Counted from the stretch's first letter, positions 13,036 through 28,428 are shown. The stretch: 64,000 nt of DNA from the human T2T-CHM13v2.0 reference genome, Homo sapiens (GCF_009914755.1 NC_060927.1), one strand, 5' to 3'. The notes: generated by a model not told the origin, from the sequence alone. Translations and numbers: made by a program.

Positions 13036-15653
13036 TTTTTTTTCAACTATAAAATGGGAATAGTGACACCTCAGAGTGGTGGTGTAAGTTTTAAGGGGCA
13101 CTAGGTATATAGAGAGCTTAGCTCTGTGACTGCCACATAAGAGGCACAAAACCCAAAATCCATGATGAATATTATTTGATATAACTTCAAGCGTAAACTA
13201 GGGCAACTCTTACACGGTTTGACATCTTGAAGTCTCTAAATTTATTTCTAAATTTAAAAAATAATAATGGCATTATTTTCCTTACAATAATGGCAAAGCA
13301 CAATGATATAATGAGTTTTTTTTTTTCCCCGTCAACTACAACCACTACATTGAAGAATAGAAATTTAATTTGAACACTAGGACATGGGATATTTGTCCTT
13401 CAGGAATCTGTAGTTTCATAAGTTCAGTGCCAATAAAGGTTTTTGAGGCAGTCATGTAGACGTGTTGAAAAAGATTCTGACAGTCACCATAATATGAGCT
13501 GGTGACTATAACCCAGCCATCTGAGTGTCTGTTCTGGTGTCCAGGGCCAATACCAGCTCTGCAGTTCTGTCTTTTTTTTTCCCACAGGAATGTAAGACTC
13601 AAATGAGGAAATGCAATGAAAGCAATTTGAAAAGTGTACAACACTGTGCAGATAATAGAATTGTTATGAGGCCTCTGTTCTGAAAGCCAGAGAAGATAAC
13701 ACCCTAAAGAAATAATAGACCATCTCATAAAGAAGTTTCATTGTTTTGGACTGATGGTAAGTATAGTTACATGCCACCATCTGTTGGGTAACTGAATAGC
13801 TGATGTGCACATGGCTAGAGGAATTACCTGATTCAAGAATCAGATAGAAGTCCCAGATCAGATAGTTTTTAAGGTTTCCTTCTATTCAGATGTGGGATGA
13901 TTCTAAAAAAAAAAATTGAATGAAACATTCAAAAAAATAGAGATGAAAAAATTATTCTAAATTTTGCTATTGAACTGACACACTTTCTAGAAATAAATTC
14001 AAAGTAAAATATGTAGTTTTACAAACCTGTATTTTTCAGGCAACAGCGCGATCAAGTAAGGAAACAAAGCCAAAATTATATGGACCAAGTTGTTTACTAA
14101 ATGAAAATTCTAGCCTTCATTATGGCTGTGGGATTTGGCTCTCCCAGAGCTATCACACCTGGCTTGTTGAGCAATAAATACCTGTGGCACCATGAGTCAG
14201 ATGGGGCATTAACTGGCAAGTCAAGAGAACCAGGCACACTACTGGAGTGACGTCTTTCCGCCTGCAAAGATACAAGACTTGCTGTCCACAAACTAATTAA
14301 GCATGATGTGGATAGAAAAGGGGAAGGAGGAGGGAGTAAGAGACCCGGGACTGGGAGCTTCTTGGCAGAAAACATTTCTGTCAACAAACTTTCAGTCTGT
14401 TAGGCTCCACCTCATGTGATCTTTCAATACTTTGCATGCCTCTGTACAACTCATCAGATCTGTGTTGCATATCTTTCTCCAAGAGGCAGGAAATATGTCT
14501 CATTTTTCTGTATCTTTAATGACAAACAATGTCATTGCATAGAACTCAGCATAAGGCTATTAACTGAGTACAATAGCACAGATTAAAAAGTATCTCAGGT
14601 TCAAAAAATATTGCCAGTTAGTGGTAGAAAATCCATGTCCTACTCTGAACTTCTGGGAAAATGAATATACATTAACTTTAAGGACAATAATCAGAGATAC
14701 TGTAATATAGGACTACTGTGAAACCTGGTGGGCAGAGCTCAGAGTAGCATGAAGCTCTTTCAGTGCTGAAGCTCTCTCCTTGAGCCAAAGAGGAGGCATC
14801 ACTGCTGGCAGCAAGACAAGGACACCACTCCAGTCTTTCTAGTTACCCTGCCCAAAGAGATAAATGATAACACTTCCTAATCTGAAAAGCAAGACTCAAT
14901 CCCCAACTGAAGTACATGGAATTCTGGCTTCTTCCAAAACCATATCTTCCAAATTGTATTAGGGAGCATATTTGTCTAATTCTCAGTCAACAATTTCCCT
15001 GATCTATCTAGATCATTAGTATTTGCTGACTGTTGCTTTTTTTCTGAAATCTCAAATCCCTTATGTTCTATGAGAACATTATCTCCTGGTACTCTACTTT
15101 ATAGGTGGACATTTTCTCTGACTACTTTGAGGTTTCTTTCTCCTCTCACCAAGACATGATTATTTACCACATGGCTCAGTGTTTGGCTCTTATTTCTTCT
15201 CTCTAAACAATTTCCCCTTTAGTAATTCAATTTATTCTCAAGACTTTAACTACATCAGTGTTGAAGAAGTGAGCATGTCTATCCATGTCTATCCCTGCCT
15301 CTACTTTAGTTTCAGTTTTCCAAATGTTTGCAAGGCATCTTTTTGTAGATGCTCTGTCATCAGCTCATTGCCTCATCTTGCTCTTGCATACCACGTGCAC
15401 AAATTTGGAAAGTCTCTACTTTGGTCTGTGTCTCAATTTTTCATGAATTGACTTGGATGGTAGAAGAAGTTATTTAGAAATTCAATGAAGCTTTTAAGTT
15501 CAGAGTAAAAGATTCTCTCAAATGAAATTCACAATTTTTCTAATGTTCTTGGCAACTATACATTTCTATCATTTTTGTTACCATATTTCTAATAGTTCAA
15601 GCTAAAAACTAATATTCAAACTTAATATTCAACCACCAGTATTTAAATGATCA

Positions 15654-15940
15654 GGCCCGATGTGGTGGCTCATGCCTGTAAACCCAGCAGTTTGGGAAGC
15701 CAAAGTGGTGGATCACTTGAGGTCAGGAGTTTGAGACCAACCTGACCAACATGGTGAAACCCCGTCTCTACTAAAAATACAAAAATTGGCTGGGCATGGT
15801 GGCACATGCCTGTAATCCCAGCTACTCTAGAGTCTTAGACAGGAGAATCACTTGAACCCAAGAGGCGGAGGTTGCAGTGAGCAGAGATCACGCCATTGCA
15901 CCCCGGCCTGGGCAACAAGAGCGAACCTCCGTCTCAAAAG

Positions 15941-15975
<35 letters not shown>

Positions 15976-15985
15976 AATAAATAAA
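15654..15985 (+). mobile_element. AluSp/Sq-like with (TAAA)n tail
   Basis: Full dimer with gggcaacaagagcgaa; degenerate 16 bp TSD at 15638-15653 and 16053-16068. Confidence 0.96.
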
Positions 15986-16639
15986 TTATAGGTGGACGTT
16001 TTCTCTGACTACTTTGAGGTTTCTTTCTCCTCTTTTTATCTTTATCTATTCTAGTATTTGAATGACCATTGTTAGAATGGGCTAAAAGAAGACAAGACTT
16101 GAAGTCTCAGAAGGGAACATCTGGAGCCCATTACTAATAAAAATTGTTTCATGCTCTGCCTTACATTTGATTTATTCATGTGGGTCTGTCTTTCCAACTA
16201 GATTTGAGGTTCTAGAAGGAAAGATTGATATTTGATTCATTTTAGTGTCATATAAAACAGTGTCTAATATTTTATATGTGCTCAATAAGTATTTATTAAA
16301 TTATTGCAATTTCAAGTACTAGGCTTCTTACGATGAGAAACCGAGGTGTAGAAATAGATGTCATGTGCCCATGACCAATATGAACTCCTCTCTAACTTCC
16401 CTGTTTCCCCCACCTGGCGCTAGTCCTCTTCGCTGCACGTCTGAGATCCCGCAAAGGCTTTTTGTCTCTACCTCCAGCCTCTCCCCTCTCACCCATCCTT
16501 CGCATTGGTGCTTGATGTCATGCAAGCATCTCCACTGGCTTGTTCTTGTCCATGCCATCATAATGAAATATGTCACTCATGTGGCTTTTCACAACTGCTT
16601 CTCTCACCTTTTTTAAACTTATCTCTCACTTTGTTGCAG

Positions 16640-17100
16640 AATGCTTGTGTATTTCAAATGATCACTCTTCTCCTCCCTCTGCCACAGCCATGAGAGGTTC
16701 TTCAATTTATGAACCTGGTGGGGTTCCTGAAGGTAAAAATCCACAGAAGTGTGGGGCTACTCTTGACTAAAGTCCCCAAATTTTTTTCAGAGTACTTTTG
16801 GTTTCAACTATGACAATATGAAAAGCTACTCAGCTTCCAGAAATTCATCAAAATTCCCATTTAATTGTTCCTATCCATTTATAGCTTTAGTAGCTTCTGC
16901 CCCAGGTAAGTTGATCTTGGCTGTGTCTCCCTGAATTCATTTGTCTCTTCAGGGTAATGTAATGTTTTGTCTACCGTCTCACTTCTCTAATAGATCTAAA
17001 AAAAGTCATTGATTTTCAACTTGTTCAACTTTTTCTTGTCGTAGGGGCAGGAGCGATGACTTCCAAGCTCTTCACATTTTCAGAGTTGAAGCCAAAAGTA
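16640..17100 (-). mobile_element. Ancient L1 5' end (L1MD/L1M4-like)
   Basis: gatctaaaaaaagtcattgattttcaacttgttcaactttttc...gatgacttccaagctc motif. Confidence 0.45.
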
Positions 17101-17797
17101 CTCTGAATCCCTCTTGATTAGTCTAACATTGTTGGATGTGGAATGGCATAAGAATGAGAAGTATATGGGTTGTATCTTATTTAACCTTATATTCAGCTGT
17201 GGGATGGGCAGAATAGGGTTAAGGCTCAATATACTGCAAAGCTTTAGTGTTGAGTCAACAGAAAAAGACAAACTGTCTCACACATCAGAAAACTGGTACA
17301 CTTCAGTTAATCAGCACAATCAGTAAAGATTTCTAAGTGTACTAATTGCATAAATTATAGAAGAGACTTGTAAAATTTAGAAAGCATAATAATATTTTCC
17401 AGTATTAGATGTGTGTGCCTGCATTCTTGAATAAAATTACAACCTTAGACACAGCAGATAATTATTCACACTGCTTATAAATCTGAAACTTAAAAGGGAA
17501 ACCTATAAATTTTCAACAAACAATGGCACCCACACATCTATTTCATACGTCTGCTCTTTCCCAAGCACCAGATTTTATACAGCTGCCTGAAATTTTGGCA
17601 GAGGGCATCCTAGATGCTGCCAAGATCATGAGAAAGGAAACAGATCTTAACCCAGTTCATTCCAACTTTAAGCATTCAAGATCATACATTTCGGAGTGTT
17701 CAGGGAACATAGAATTTGATGGTGAGAATAATGTCTGAGAAAGAGAATTTTATACTAAGATTAAATTTATAATATACTTTCAGAGTTATTTTTCTGA

Positions 17798-18851
<1,054 letters not shown>

Positions 18852-18869
18852 AAGAAACAGTGTAGATAG

Positions 18870-19908
18870 TGTAGGGGAGAAAAGATTTCTTCCTTTTATT
18901 ATTACTATACTTTAAGTTCTGGGATACATGTGCAGAATGTGTAGGTTTGTTACATAGGTATACATGTGCCATGGTGGTTTGCTGCACCCATCAACCTGTC
19001 ATCTAGGTTTTAAGCCCCACACGCATTATGTATTTGTCCTAATGCTTTCCTTCCCCTTTCCCCACTTCACCGACAGGCCCTGAAGTGTCATGTTCCCCTC
19101 CCTGTGTCCATGTGTTCTCCTTGTTCAACTCCCACTTATGAGTGAGAACATGCGGTGTTTGGTTTTCTGTTGCTGTGTTCGTTTGCTGAGAATGATGGTT
19201 TCCAGCTTCATCCATGTCTCTGCAAAGGATGTGAACTCATTCTTTTTTATGGCTGCATAGTGTTCCGTGGTGTATATGTGCCACATTTTCTTTATCCAGT
19301 CTATCATTAAGGGGAATTTGGGTTGGTTCCAAATCTTTGCTATTGTAAATAGTGCTGCAGTAAACATATGTGTGCATGTGTCTTTATGGTAGAATGATGA
19401 AAAGATTTCTTTCTTTACCCATTGCTAGGCTCATGGCAGAGGCACTTATAACAAAAGACAGATTAACAAGATAGAAACACACAACTGTATTTAAGTTTTA
19501 TGTGACACATGGACGTTCAGAAATTAATACCCAAAGAAATAGGGAGACCTGTGTAATTTTATGCTTAGGCTTGATGAAAAGTGGGCAGTCACGCAAAAGT
19601 ATGATTGGACAAAGAGGGAATGATCTAATGGTGATAAATTTGGGGAGGAACTTAGTAAGGCCTGTTTGTCAAGATTCTTCTGTGTCCCTGTGTCTTCAGA
19701 GATAAGAACATTCCTTCCCTTTGGGTATTAGGAGAGCACCTGTTAAATGAGTGTCTTATATGTTACTTTAGAGAAAGGCCAGATTATTCTTTTATGGCCT
19801 GCTCCTGGGAGGAAGGGCATGAGAAAGTCAGAGAGACCTTCCTGCATTTGCTGTTTTCTGAAATGCCAAGATACCATTTTTGGGGGTAGCAGGTCCTAAA
19901 TCCCATCA
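18870..19908 (-). mobile_element. ERV1-class solo LTR (MER34-like), split by an L1
   Basis: Termini tgtagggg...cccatca; minus strand starts tgatgggatttaggacctgctacccccaaaaatggtatcttggcattt. Confidence 0.6.
18890..19398 (-). mobile_element. L1PA7/8-like 3' fragment inserted in an LTR
   Basis: ORF2 end ...MFSLISGS; TSD aaaagatttctt at ~18880 and ~19400. Confidence 0.92.
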
Positions 19909-20774
19909 ATAGAAAGAAGACACTCGGACGGAATCTAAGATATGACCCCTTTCTCCATCCCTGAAGCATTCAGGGGCTAGAATTCCATTAGGAATCCAGT
20001 AAAGTCCCAGGAAACGTATGCTAAGCAGTCATTCATTCCCAGCAGCTGTGGAAGGAAAAAGTCTGGTTGTAACTGTAGGAAATGCAGAAAACTGGCTTGA
20101 GGAAGCAATTTAGGAGCAAATTTTAAAGGAAGTTTATTCTTCCAGGAGAGAGATTTTTCTCACTATAAAGCAAGACCAATCCCACAGAAGTTGGAAATGT
20201 CCAATGCCTTTTGCACTCACACTTCAAGTTGAAAAAATATTGGTGACCTTTATTTCAGGAAAGGAACATATTATATCAAAAGAGCCTAGACTGGGAATCA
20301 GCAAAGACTAATGTAATCTCCAATCAGATCAATAAATACCACATGATGGCATGATACAAGTTCTCTGTATGCTCCTTTCTAATAATCACAAATACCCTCT
20401 CCCTGAAAAGTAATTTCCATGTAACTTATGGGGTAATTATTTCCCTGCTTTCTTCACAGTTTTGCCATGTAAATATATGCCCCTAAGATATAATTAAATT
20501 TTGTTGTTACTAAACTTTATTAAAATTGATTAAAACTGTATATATTTTTGGATTGCTATTTTTACACAATATTATGTTAGTCACATTTATTTATATTGCT
20601 GTCTATAATGTGGTTTGTTTGGTTTTTGTTGAAAGACTTTCCACTGTGTGACAATACCACAATTTAAATATCTGTCTTTTATTGATGAACAATTATTTAT
20701 CATAAACTATGTCCCAGTGAATAGTCTTGTACATATAGCCTATTGCAAACTTGCAATAATTTTAAGTCTTATTC

Positions 20775-21314
20775 TTTATTAGCTTTTCAAAGACCAACCC
20801 AATGAGAAAAGCAAAAGCTTTTTATTCAGAGATTACTATACCAAGGAAGTCAGCCATCAACAGAGTGGCAGAGACTCAAAGGCAGGTAGAGGAACAGGAA
20901 AGCATTATAGTGGAAAAGGGGAAGACTTCAAATGTGCTCTGATGGAAGGCCATTGTCACAGAGCAGCTGTAGATGGGCTAACTAGAAGTGGGACATCCTA
21001 TGTAATTTATTAGGGGTATATATTGAGCTTTGTCTGCTTGGTCCTAAGTTGAAAGTGGTGAAAAAAATTAGGGAAACTGTCAGTTATTAATCAAGTCCTG
21101 CCCATTTGAGGCTGGTTGTTACAAAAGTTAGTTTTGAGATTTTTGGATTGATACTAAAGATAGCAATCTGGCTTCCTTATAGCAGGCTGGCTTCCTGGTC
21201 TGTTTACTGTACATAAGGGGGTGGATTTTCTGGGCAGGTTGCTGCAAATCGTGGGTCAAAGTTCTATTTTTATATTTCCTCCAGCCATTGTTCATTTGTA
21301 CATTCAGCGTCTCA
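20775..21314 (-). mobile_element. LTR-like element, family uncertain, next to old L1 remnant (~20340-20760)
   Basis: Minus strand starts tgagacgctgaatgtacaaatg...aaaaatagaactttgacccac; AATAAA near the other end. Confidence 0.5.
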
Positions 21315-21844
21315 CTTTTGTGATTTTTGTCATCTGGCTTTCCTGAACTTCAGGATATAATAACAAAATACATTTCATATCATTTTTTGTGATAGTTGGA
21401 TAACATTATGATATATTAGATATCTGTCTCACTGTTTGACACATAATTGTTCTTTCCTCTTTACACCTCTTCCAATTTAATAGATGCTTCACAAGTGTCT
21501 ACCAGTGAACTACAAGCAACATTGCTTGAAATGTGGATCTTATAAAAAAAATTCAAACACCAAAGTACTGGAGTCGCCATATTGATGATGCTTTCTATCC
21601 TGAGAATCCATGTCTATGTTGCTAGTTGTAACATCTCTGTGTTCCTCGCAAAGACAACAGTCCTTGGATAAATTCATACATTTTCCTAGCGTCATATAAT
21701 TAGTAAGTGGAAGACCTAAGATTTAAATCTAGGGCTGTCTGATTCCAACGTACATGCTTTTATTTGCCTCTTTTCCTCCTATATGTAAATGCCCCCCAGT
21801 ATTTCAGGGCATTTTCCTAACTTATCAGACCACAGGGATACTTT

Positions 21845-22133
21845 ATTTTTTGGGACGGAGTTTCGCTGTTTTGCCCAGGCTGGAGTGCAATGGCACGATC
21901 TCGGCTCACTTCAATCTGCGTCTCCCGGCTTCAAGCGATTCTTCTGCCTCAGCCTCCTGAGTAGCTGGGACTACAGGCATGCACCACCACGCCTGGCTAA
22001 TTTTTGTATTTTTAGTAGAGACAGGGTTTCGCAGTGTTTTTCAGGCTAGTCTCAAACTCCTGACCTCAGGTGATCCACCCTCTTTGGCCTCCCAAAGTGC
22101 TGGGATTACAGACGTGAGTCACCGCGCCCGGCC
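21845..22133 (-). mobile_element. AluSx-like
   Basis: Full dimer; TSD agggatacttt at 21834 and 22134. Confidence 0.96.
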
Positions 22134-24383
22134 AGGGATACTTTGAAGGTTATACTATATTAATAGAAACTCAACAGAAAATGTTCAGAGATTCAAAGAA
22201 GAAACAAAAGTTTATTACATAATAAGATTTTGTAATTTATTTTGATCGCCACTTAATATGTAAAACCTATTTTATACATATCCATTGTAATAAAGAGAAG
22301 CAAATGAACTACGTAGTAACTAAGCAGATGGTCTTGAATTAAGCTATTCCAAATATCATTAATGCTTACATCTTGGAAAGATCCTCACCATCTCTACCGC
22401 CAGTTTTTAAAACAATGGCTGTTGCTATTTAATTTTACTTTGAGGTTGTGGTTGTTTTAATTTCACTGGATTTTTGCTTATTTCGTTTGGTCACAATATG
22501 AGAACCTCAGTTTTTTCCCCTCTTAACCATAGAATTCGTTTTGTATAGTTTGGTTGTTCAAAGTATGCAATAGAGTACCTTACATTTTCTAAACAATGAA
22601 AGACACAAAATATATTTGATATATTATTAATATAGCATCAAATTAAATTATAAATGAAAAATGTTGCTTTCATCTGTTTTTAAATAACATTTAGTATTTC
22701 CTGGAGGGTGTTTTAGGAAATGCTATTATAGTAGAGCTAGGCACTACACACTCAGCATTAGTGACAATTAGAATGCATTGAAAATTTTCAATTTTATCAT
22801 TCTTTTCAGAGCTAAAATTTCTCTATTTATCTGACCAGTTGTCATAGGTAAGTTGGTTTTTAAAAACAATGATAAACTAAAAAGAAAGAGGCTTTCCATG
22901 TCTTTAAATATTCCCAAGAGAATATCTACCTGTTTACACCTTTAACATGTAGTAGTACTAAAGTTAGCTAATATTCATATCACCAAGGGTTTTCCTTACC
23001 TCATCACTTTTAGAAAACTATTGCATGCATACCTGATCTATAGAAATTATAGTGCATGAAATTATGGAAGTCTTTGTTTAGCATATTACAGCTTGCCACG
23101 TTGTTAATGTCCTTTCAGAAAAATTCAGGCCAGCTACTGTCCAACCCCATGGGCACAGGCCTGCTTATTCCAGTCACTTCTTTACAAAGTCTGGCAGAGA
23201 CTGCAGCTCAGAAAGGTCCTTTTCTTTAAAATGGTATTCAGCTCCTGTAAGCCCTACTCAGGTGTGACAGATAATCCATTGCTATTGTTCATATATATTG
23301 GAGTACAGTGGAATTATTTAACTGAAAAGGATAAAAATTAAGGAAGGATACAGCTTAATTTTATCTTGCTTTATAGAGGTTTAAGAAACAATATGAGGTT
23401 TATCGAGGCTTTGTTTTGGTATATAGTGTTGTCGAAACAGGCAGTTATGAAATTTAAAAATGAGACTATATCGATGTATTATTATGCAATGGCATCTGAG
23501 AAACAACATATTAATATAACCAGTAAAAACAGAACTGAAGTTTAGTGTTCAAGGTAAAAGTAATGTACCCGAAATTTGTGGAATTAGGTTTTTATCTTAG
23601 TTTTTCCTATTAAAAGAGGTATGATCCTACACAAATCAGATCACTTCTGTGAACAGCAATTTCTTCTTTTATATAATTGTATTATAAGGTCTCTTTTGTC
23701 TATATCACAAAATTTTAGGAGAACTTACAACACAATTCAAGGGAATGTTATAAAATGTTAGTGAATACAGAGTATATAGCAAGCATTTTGCTGGGTGCTT
23801 TCTCTATAATGTATACACAAATACATTGTATATTGTGAATTACCATATAAATGTATGGAAACATTGTGATATATAGAATAGTACTTACAACTGAGAACAT
23901 GTGACACTTGATTTTCTTTCTGAATTATTTCACTTAGAATAGTGGCTTCCAGCTTTACACATGTTGCTGTGAGCTGGGCTGTTTTCTTGAAAATACGTCT
24001 ATCCTTGTACATAATGTCATGAGTATAATTAACCTGACTATAATTAAATGGAAAAAAATTGTTTGGAACTAAAGAGATAGGAAAGGAGAAATGAGAAGAT
24101 GTGAGCTGATGAAGAAAGAAAGGAAGATTGGGGAAAAAATGTGACTGATTGAGAGAAGGGTGAAGGATTTGCCTGGAGTGAAAGGGAAAGAGTAAAAAAG
24201 AAGAGGTTAAGTTGTTTGAGGCTGTTCTTATGTACATCAAGTAATGTACGAGATTTGAAAGAAACTGAATTTTGGCGGCCAAAGACGTATAGAACTAACC
24301 AGATGATACCAGCAGAGGAGTCCTCCTAGATGCTAAGTTTGCGCTGGATGTCTAAGCTAACAGCTAACATCAAGGTTGCCAAG

Positions 24384-24741
24384 CGTATTAGTCTGTTTGG
24401 GTTGCTATAATAAAATATCATAAATTGGGTGGCTTATAAACAACAGATATTTATTTCTTACAGGTCTGGTGTCTGGAAAGTCTAAGATAAGGCACCAGTA
24501 GATTTGGTGAGTGCTAGCTTTCTGGTTCGTAGATGGCTGTCTTCATGTTATACCCTCATATGGTAGAAGGGATGAGGGGTTTTCTGGTGTCTCTTACTTA
24601 AGAGCACTAATTCCATTGGAGGAAGCTTTGCACTCATGACCTCATCAATTTTCAAAGGCCTTACTTTCAAATATTTCCACATTGGAGAATAGATGTGAAG
24701 CTATGAATTTTGGGAGAAACGTACATATTTAATCTATAATA
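24384..24741 (-). mobile_element. MaLR solo LTR (MLT1A-like)
   Basis: gtattagtctgtttgggttgctataa...ggtggcttataaacaacaga. Confidence 0.8.
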
Positions 24742-25682
24742 TCTATTCATTAGGCACTAATTCATTGACATTAACTATTAAGTGAGGCCAAGGACTTAAG
24801 AGTGTGTGTTGGTACTCCTCAGCCTTCACCCATAGAGGAAGAAACTACTTAGCCTCTTGCCCTTCCATTTCCTGCCTGTCTACTTGTCTCTTATCCTTAG
24901 AATCTGACATAGTCAAGCCACTCTTGTCTAGGTGAATTTTTCTCTTATGTGTTTGCCAAAATAATAATTGTTTCTTTTATTTAATCCAAATATAATTTAT
25001 AGTTAGCTAAAATGATACTTCTTATACTTGGAAGACCACTTAGCATTAGACAGAGCTGGTTTTGAGCTCATGGATAACAGAAATGTCAGCATCTCACAGA
25101 ACATCCCCCATTCTTACCACAACTATGTGGGTATGAGGATGCCCAGACTAAGTTCTACAGAACTCAGCCAAGAAAGATTCTCAGGGCTGCCAGTCTGACA
25201 ACAAGATATCACAATTATATCTGGGTTAAAATAATAAATATAAAAATTATAACCTCTGTGACAGGCTTTTCTCCTTCCCTTCAATTTCCAGTTGGTTACT
25301 TCATTCTTTTTCTCCTTCCTCTTTGCTTCCTTCTTCCTTTTTTCCTTTCTTCTAATTTGCCCTCTTTTTTTTCACTAATTTAGTCAGATATTCATTCAGC
25401 GAAATAGTTGGCACTATGCCACTGTTTCAGGTACTGCTAAGCATTATATTCAATTTTAGAAAAAAGTTTTCCTGCTCTCATAGAGGTCTAGTGGCAGAGA
25501 TGGAAGTTCATGCAAAATCATATAAATAAAGATCAAGTTAAACTTTGATAAGTGCTCTAGAAAGAGGTGGAAGATAGTTTCAGAGCATATAATAGGGAGA
25601 AGAGAAGGTTTCCTTAAGAAGTAATGAGGGAGTAGAAATCTGAGGAAATATAAAAGTTAATTAAGTTTAAAGAAAAAGGTTC

Positions 25683-27050
25683 TTTTTTTTAAAACTTTAA
25701 GTTCAGGGGTACATGTGCATGTTTGTTATAATATACAGGTAAACTTGTGTCACAGGGATTTGTTGTACAGATTATTTAGTCAGCCAGGAATTTAGCCTAG
25801 TATCCATTGGTTTTGTTTTGTGATTCACTCCCTCCTCCCACTGTCCACTTTCCAGTAGGCGCCAGTGCGCATTGTTCCCTTCTATGTGTCCATATATCCA
25901 CATTATTTAGTTCCCACTTATAAGTGAGAACATGTGGTATTTGGTTTTCTGTTGCTGCATTGGTTTGCTGAGGATAATGATCTTCAGCTCTATCTATGTC
26001 CCTGCAAAGGGCATGATCTCATTCCTCTGTATGGATGCATAGTATTCCATGGTGTATATGTACCACATTTTCCTTATCCAATCTGTCATTGATGGGCATT
26101 TAGGTTGATTCCATGTATTTGCTATTGTGAAGAGTGCTGCAGTGAACATACACATGGATGCGTCTTTATGACAGAATGATTTATATTCCTTTGGGTATAT
26201 AACCAGCAATGAGATTGTAGGATTGAGTGGTATTTCTCTTTTTACATCTTTGAGGAATTGCCACACTGTCTTCCACAATGGCTGAACTGATTTGCACTCC
26301 CACCAACAGTATATAATTGTTCCTTTTTCTGCACAACCTCTCCAGCATCTGTTATTTTTTGGCTTTTTAGTAATGGCCATTCTGACTATTGTGAGATGGT
26401 ATCTCATTGTGATTTTTATCTGCATTTCTCTAATGATCAGTGATGTTGAGCTTTCTTTTCATATGATTGTTGGCTACATGTATTTCTTCTTTAGAAAAGT
26501 GTCTGTTCATGTACTTGCCCATTTTAATTTTTTTCTTATAAATTTATTTAAGTTCCTTCTACATGCTGGATACTAGACCTTTGTCAGATGCATAATTTGC
26601 AAAAATATTCTCCCATTCTGTAGGTTGTCTATTTACTCTGTTGATAGTTTATTTTTCTGCGCATAAGCGCTTAATTTTAATTAGATCCCATTTGTCAATT
26701 TTTGCTCTTGTTGCAATTGCCTTTGACATCTTCATCATGAAATCCTTGCCTGTTTCTATGTCCAGCATGCTACTGCCTAGGTTGCCTTCCAGGGTTTTTA
26801 TAGCTTTGGGTTTGACATTTAAGTTTTAATTCACCTTGAGTTGATTTTTGTGTATGATGTGAGGAAAGGTTCAAATTTCAATCTTCCGCATATAGCTGGC
26901 CATTTAACACAGCAGCATTTATTGAATAGGGAGTCCTTTCCCCATTGGGGAAAAAAACTTCAGCTTTGTCAAAGATCAGATGATTGTAGGTGTGTGACCT
27001 TTTTTCTGGGCCTTTGTTCTAGTCCATTGGTCTATGTGTCTGTTTTTGTG
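25683..27050 (-). mobile_element. Older L1PA (about PA13-16) 3' fragment
   Basis: ORF2 remnant [12 protein letters not shown]...CWWECK; 3'UTR ttaagttcaggggtacatgtgca. Confidence 0.9.
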
Positions 27051-28378
27051 GCAAGAGCTTTCAAACAAAGAAGAACATGCGCATACACCTGTTGGTAGGA
27101 ATATGTATGACACATTCAAGAAACAAAAAGAAGACCAGTGCAGCTAGAGTACCAGGAAAAAATAAGCATGGAAGCATATGATGTTGGAAAAATAGGTAAA
27201 GACCAAACAATGCAGGTTAACACTAAGAATATTTGTCGCTATCCTAGAAGAATAGAAGGACATTAAATATTTTAAAGATGAGGATACTTGCTTCGACTTC
27301 TATTTTGAAAAGATGCCTTTGGTTGCAGGAAAATAGAGAATGAATTGTCAGTTTGTAACCAAGATTACAGAAATGACTCAAAGTATTAAATTCAGGGAAT
27401 TAGCTATCTAGTTTATGAAGTGGATTAAAAAGTCAAAGTGAGGTAAACCAGAGTTAGCAGCAGCTTGAAGTCCCTAACATGCCCAGACTGGAAGGGCAAA
27501 GGAAAGAGGTGGCAGACTGGTGTGCAGGGCCCACGGTTTTCTAATGGAAGCTGGAATCATAAAAGGTAAGAGCTATATCACAGAAAAGATAGAAACAGTG
27601 CCAGAAATGTTGCCTAGGGTAGAGAGGGGCATGAAAAAAGCTGGCTTGTCCCTACCATCCTCCAATCTCCTGCCACTATCTCTCATTGACAGAATCATCA
27701 GGAAGCCAGCTGACACATACCTGGGTTATCAAAGTGTGCAATGGTTAATCTCCCTACAGTGTCAAGCAGCACGCAGGAAGAATGAGGGTCTGATCTAAGA
27801 GCTAATAGGTTCAGAACTAGCAGAAAGAGCAGGAGTGAATGGTGATGTTGGTGGTGCATATTTGGAGTTATTGAAATAATTCAGCAGCTTAGACTAAACT
27901 AGCGGCAGAGAAAATGGGGAGAAGTACATTTAAGATATATTGAAAAGAAAAAAATCAGTAAGACTTGGTGATGGATTAAATTTGAGAATTAAGGAAATAG
28001 GAAGTATAAAAAATTTCAATTATTTTCTTTGATTGGGTCAGTTTTGTGGTTTCTGCAGAACTATAAAGCTGCCACTCAAAAATAATCCCTGAGTGTTTAA
28101 CCAAATTGCTACTCCAAGTTATAATAAGAAAGGGTAGCCAGTGATTGGCTAGATGTCATGCAGCAGGAAAGAGGGAGATTGGCTGCTGCCATGGAAACAT
28201 TTGTTATTGTCACCAGGAGGCACAGGAGAGAACAGCAAGTTCTATTAACTGAGGAACAGAGGATTTAGGGAATAATATTAATAGATCTCCCAGATATCTC
28301 TTTTACTGATGATAAAAACCAACTCACTTCAGAAATTTAAAAGATACCATACCAGATATGATAATAAATGCTAGGGCA

Positions 28379-28382
28379 GTGT

Positions 28383-28427
<45 letters not shown>
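28379..28427. repeat. (TG)n microsatellite
   Basis: Direct inspection. Confidence 0.95.

Positions 28428-28428
<1 letters not shown>

Noticed and set aside
23758-24282. 174 aa ORF
   Set aside because: Antisense of a purine-rich tract plus a small L1 fragment; no recognisable domain or exon structure.
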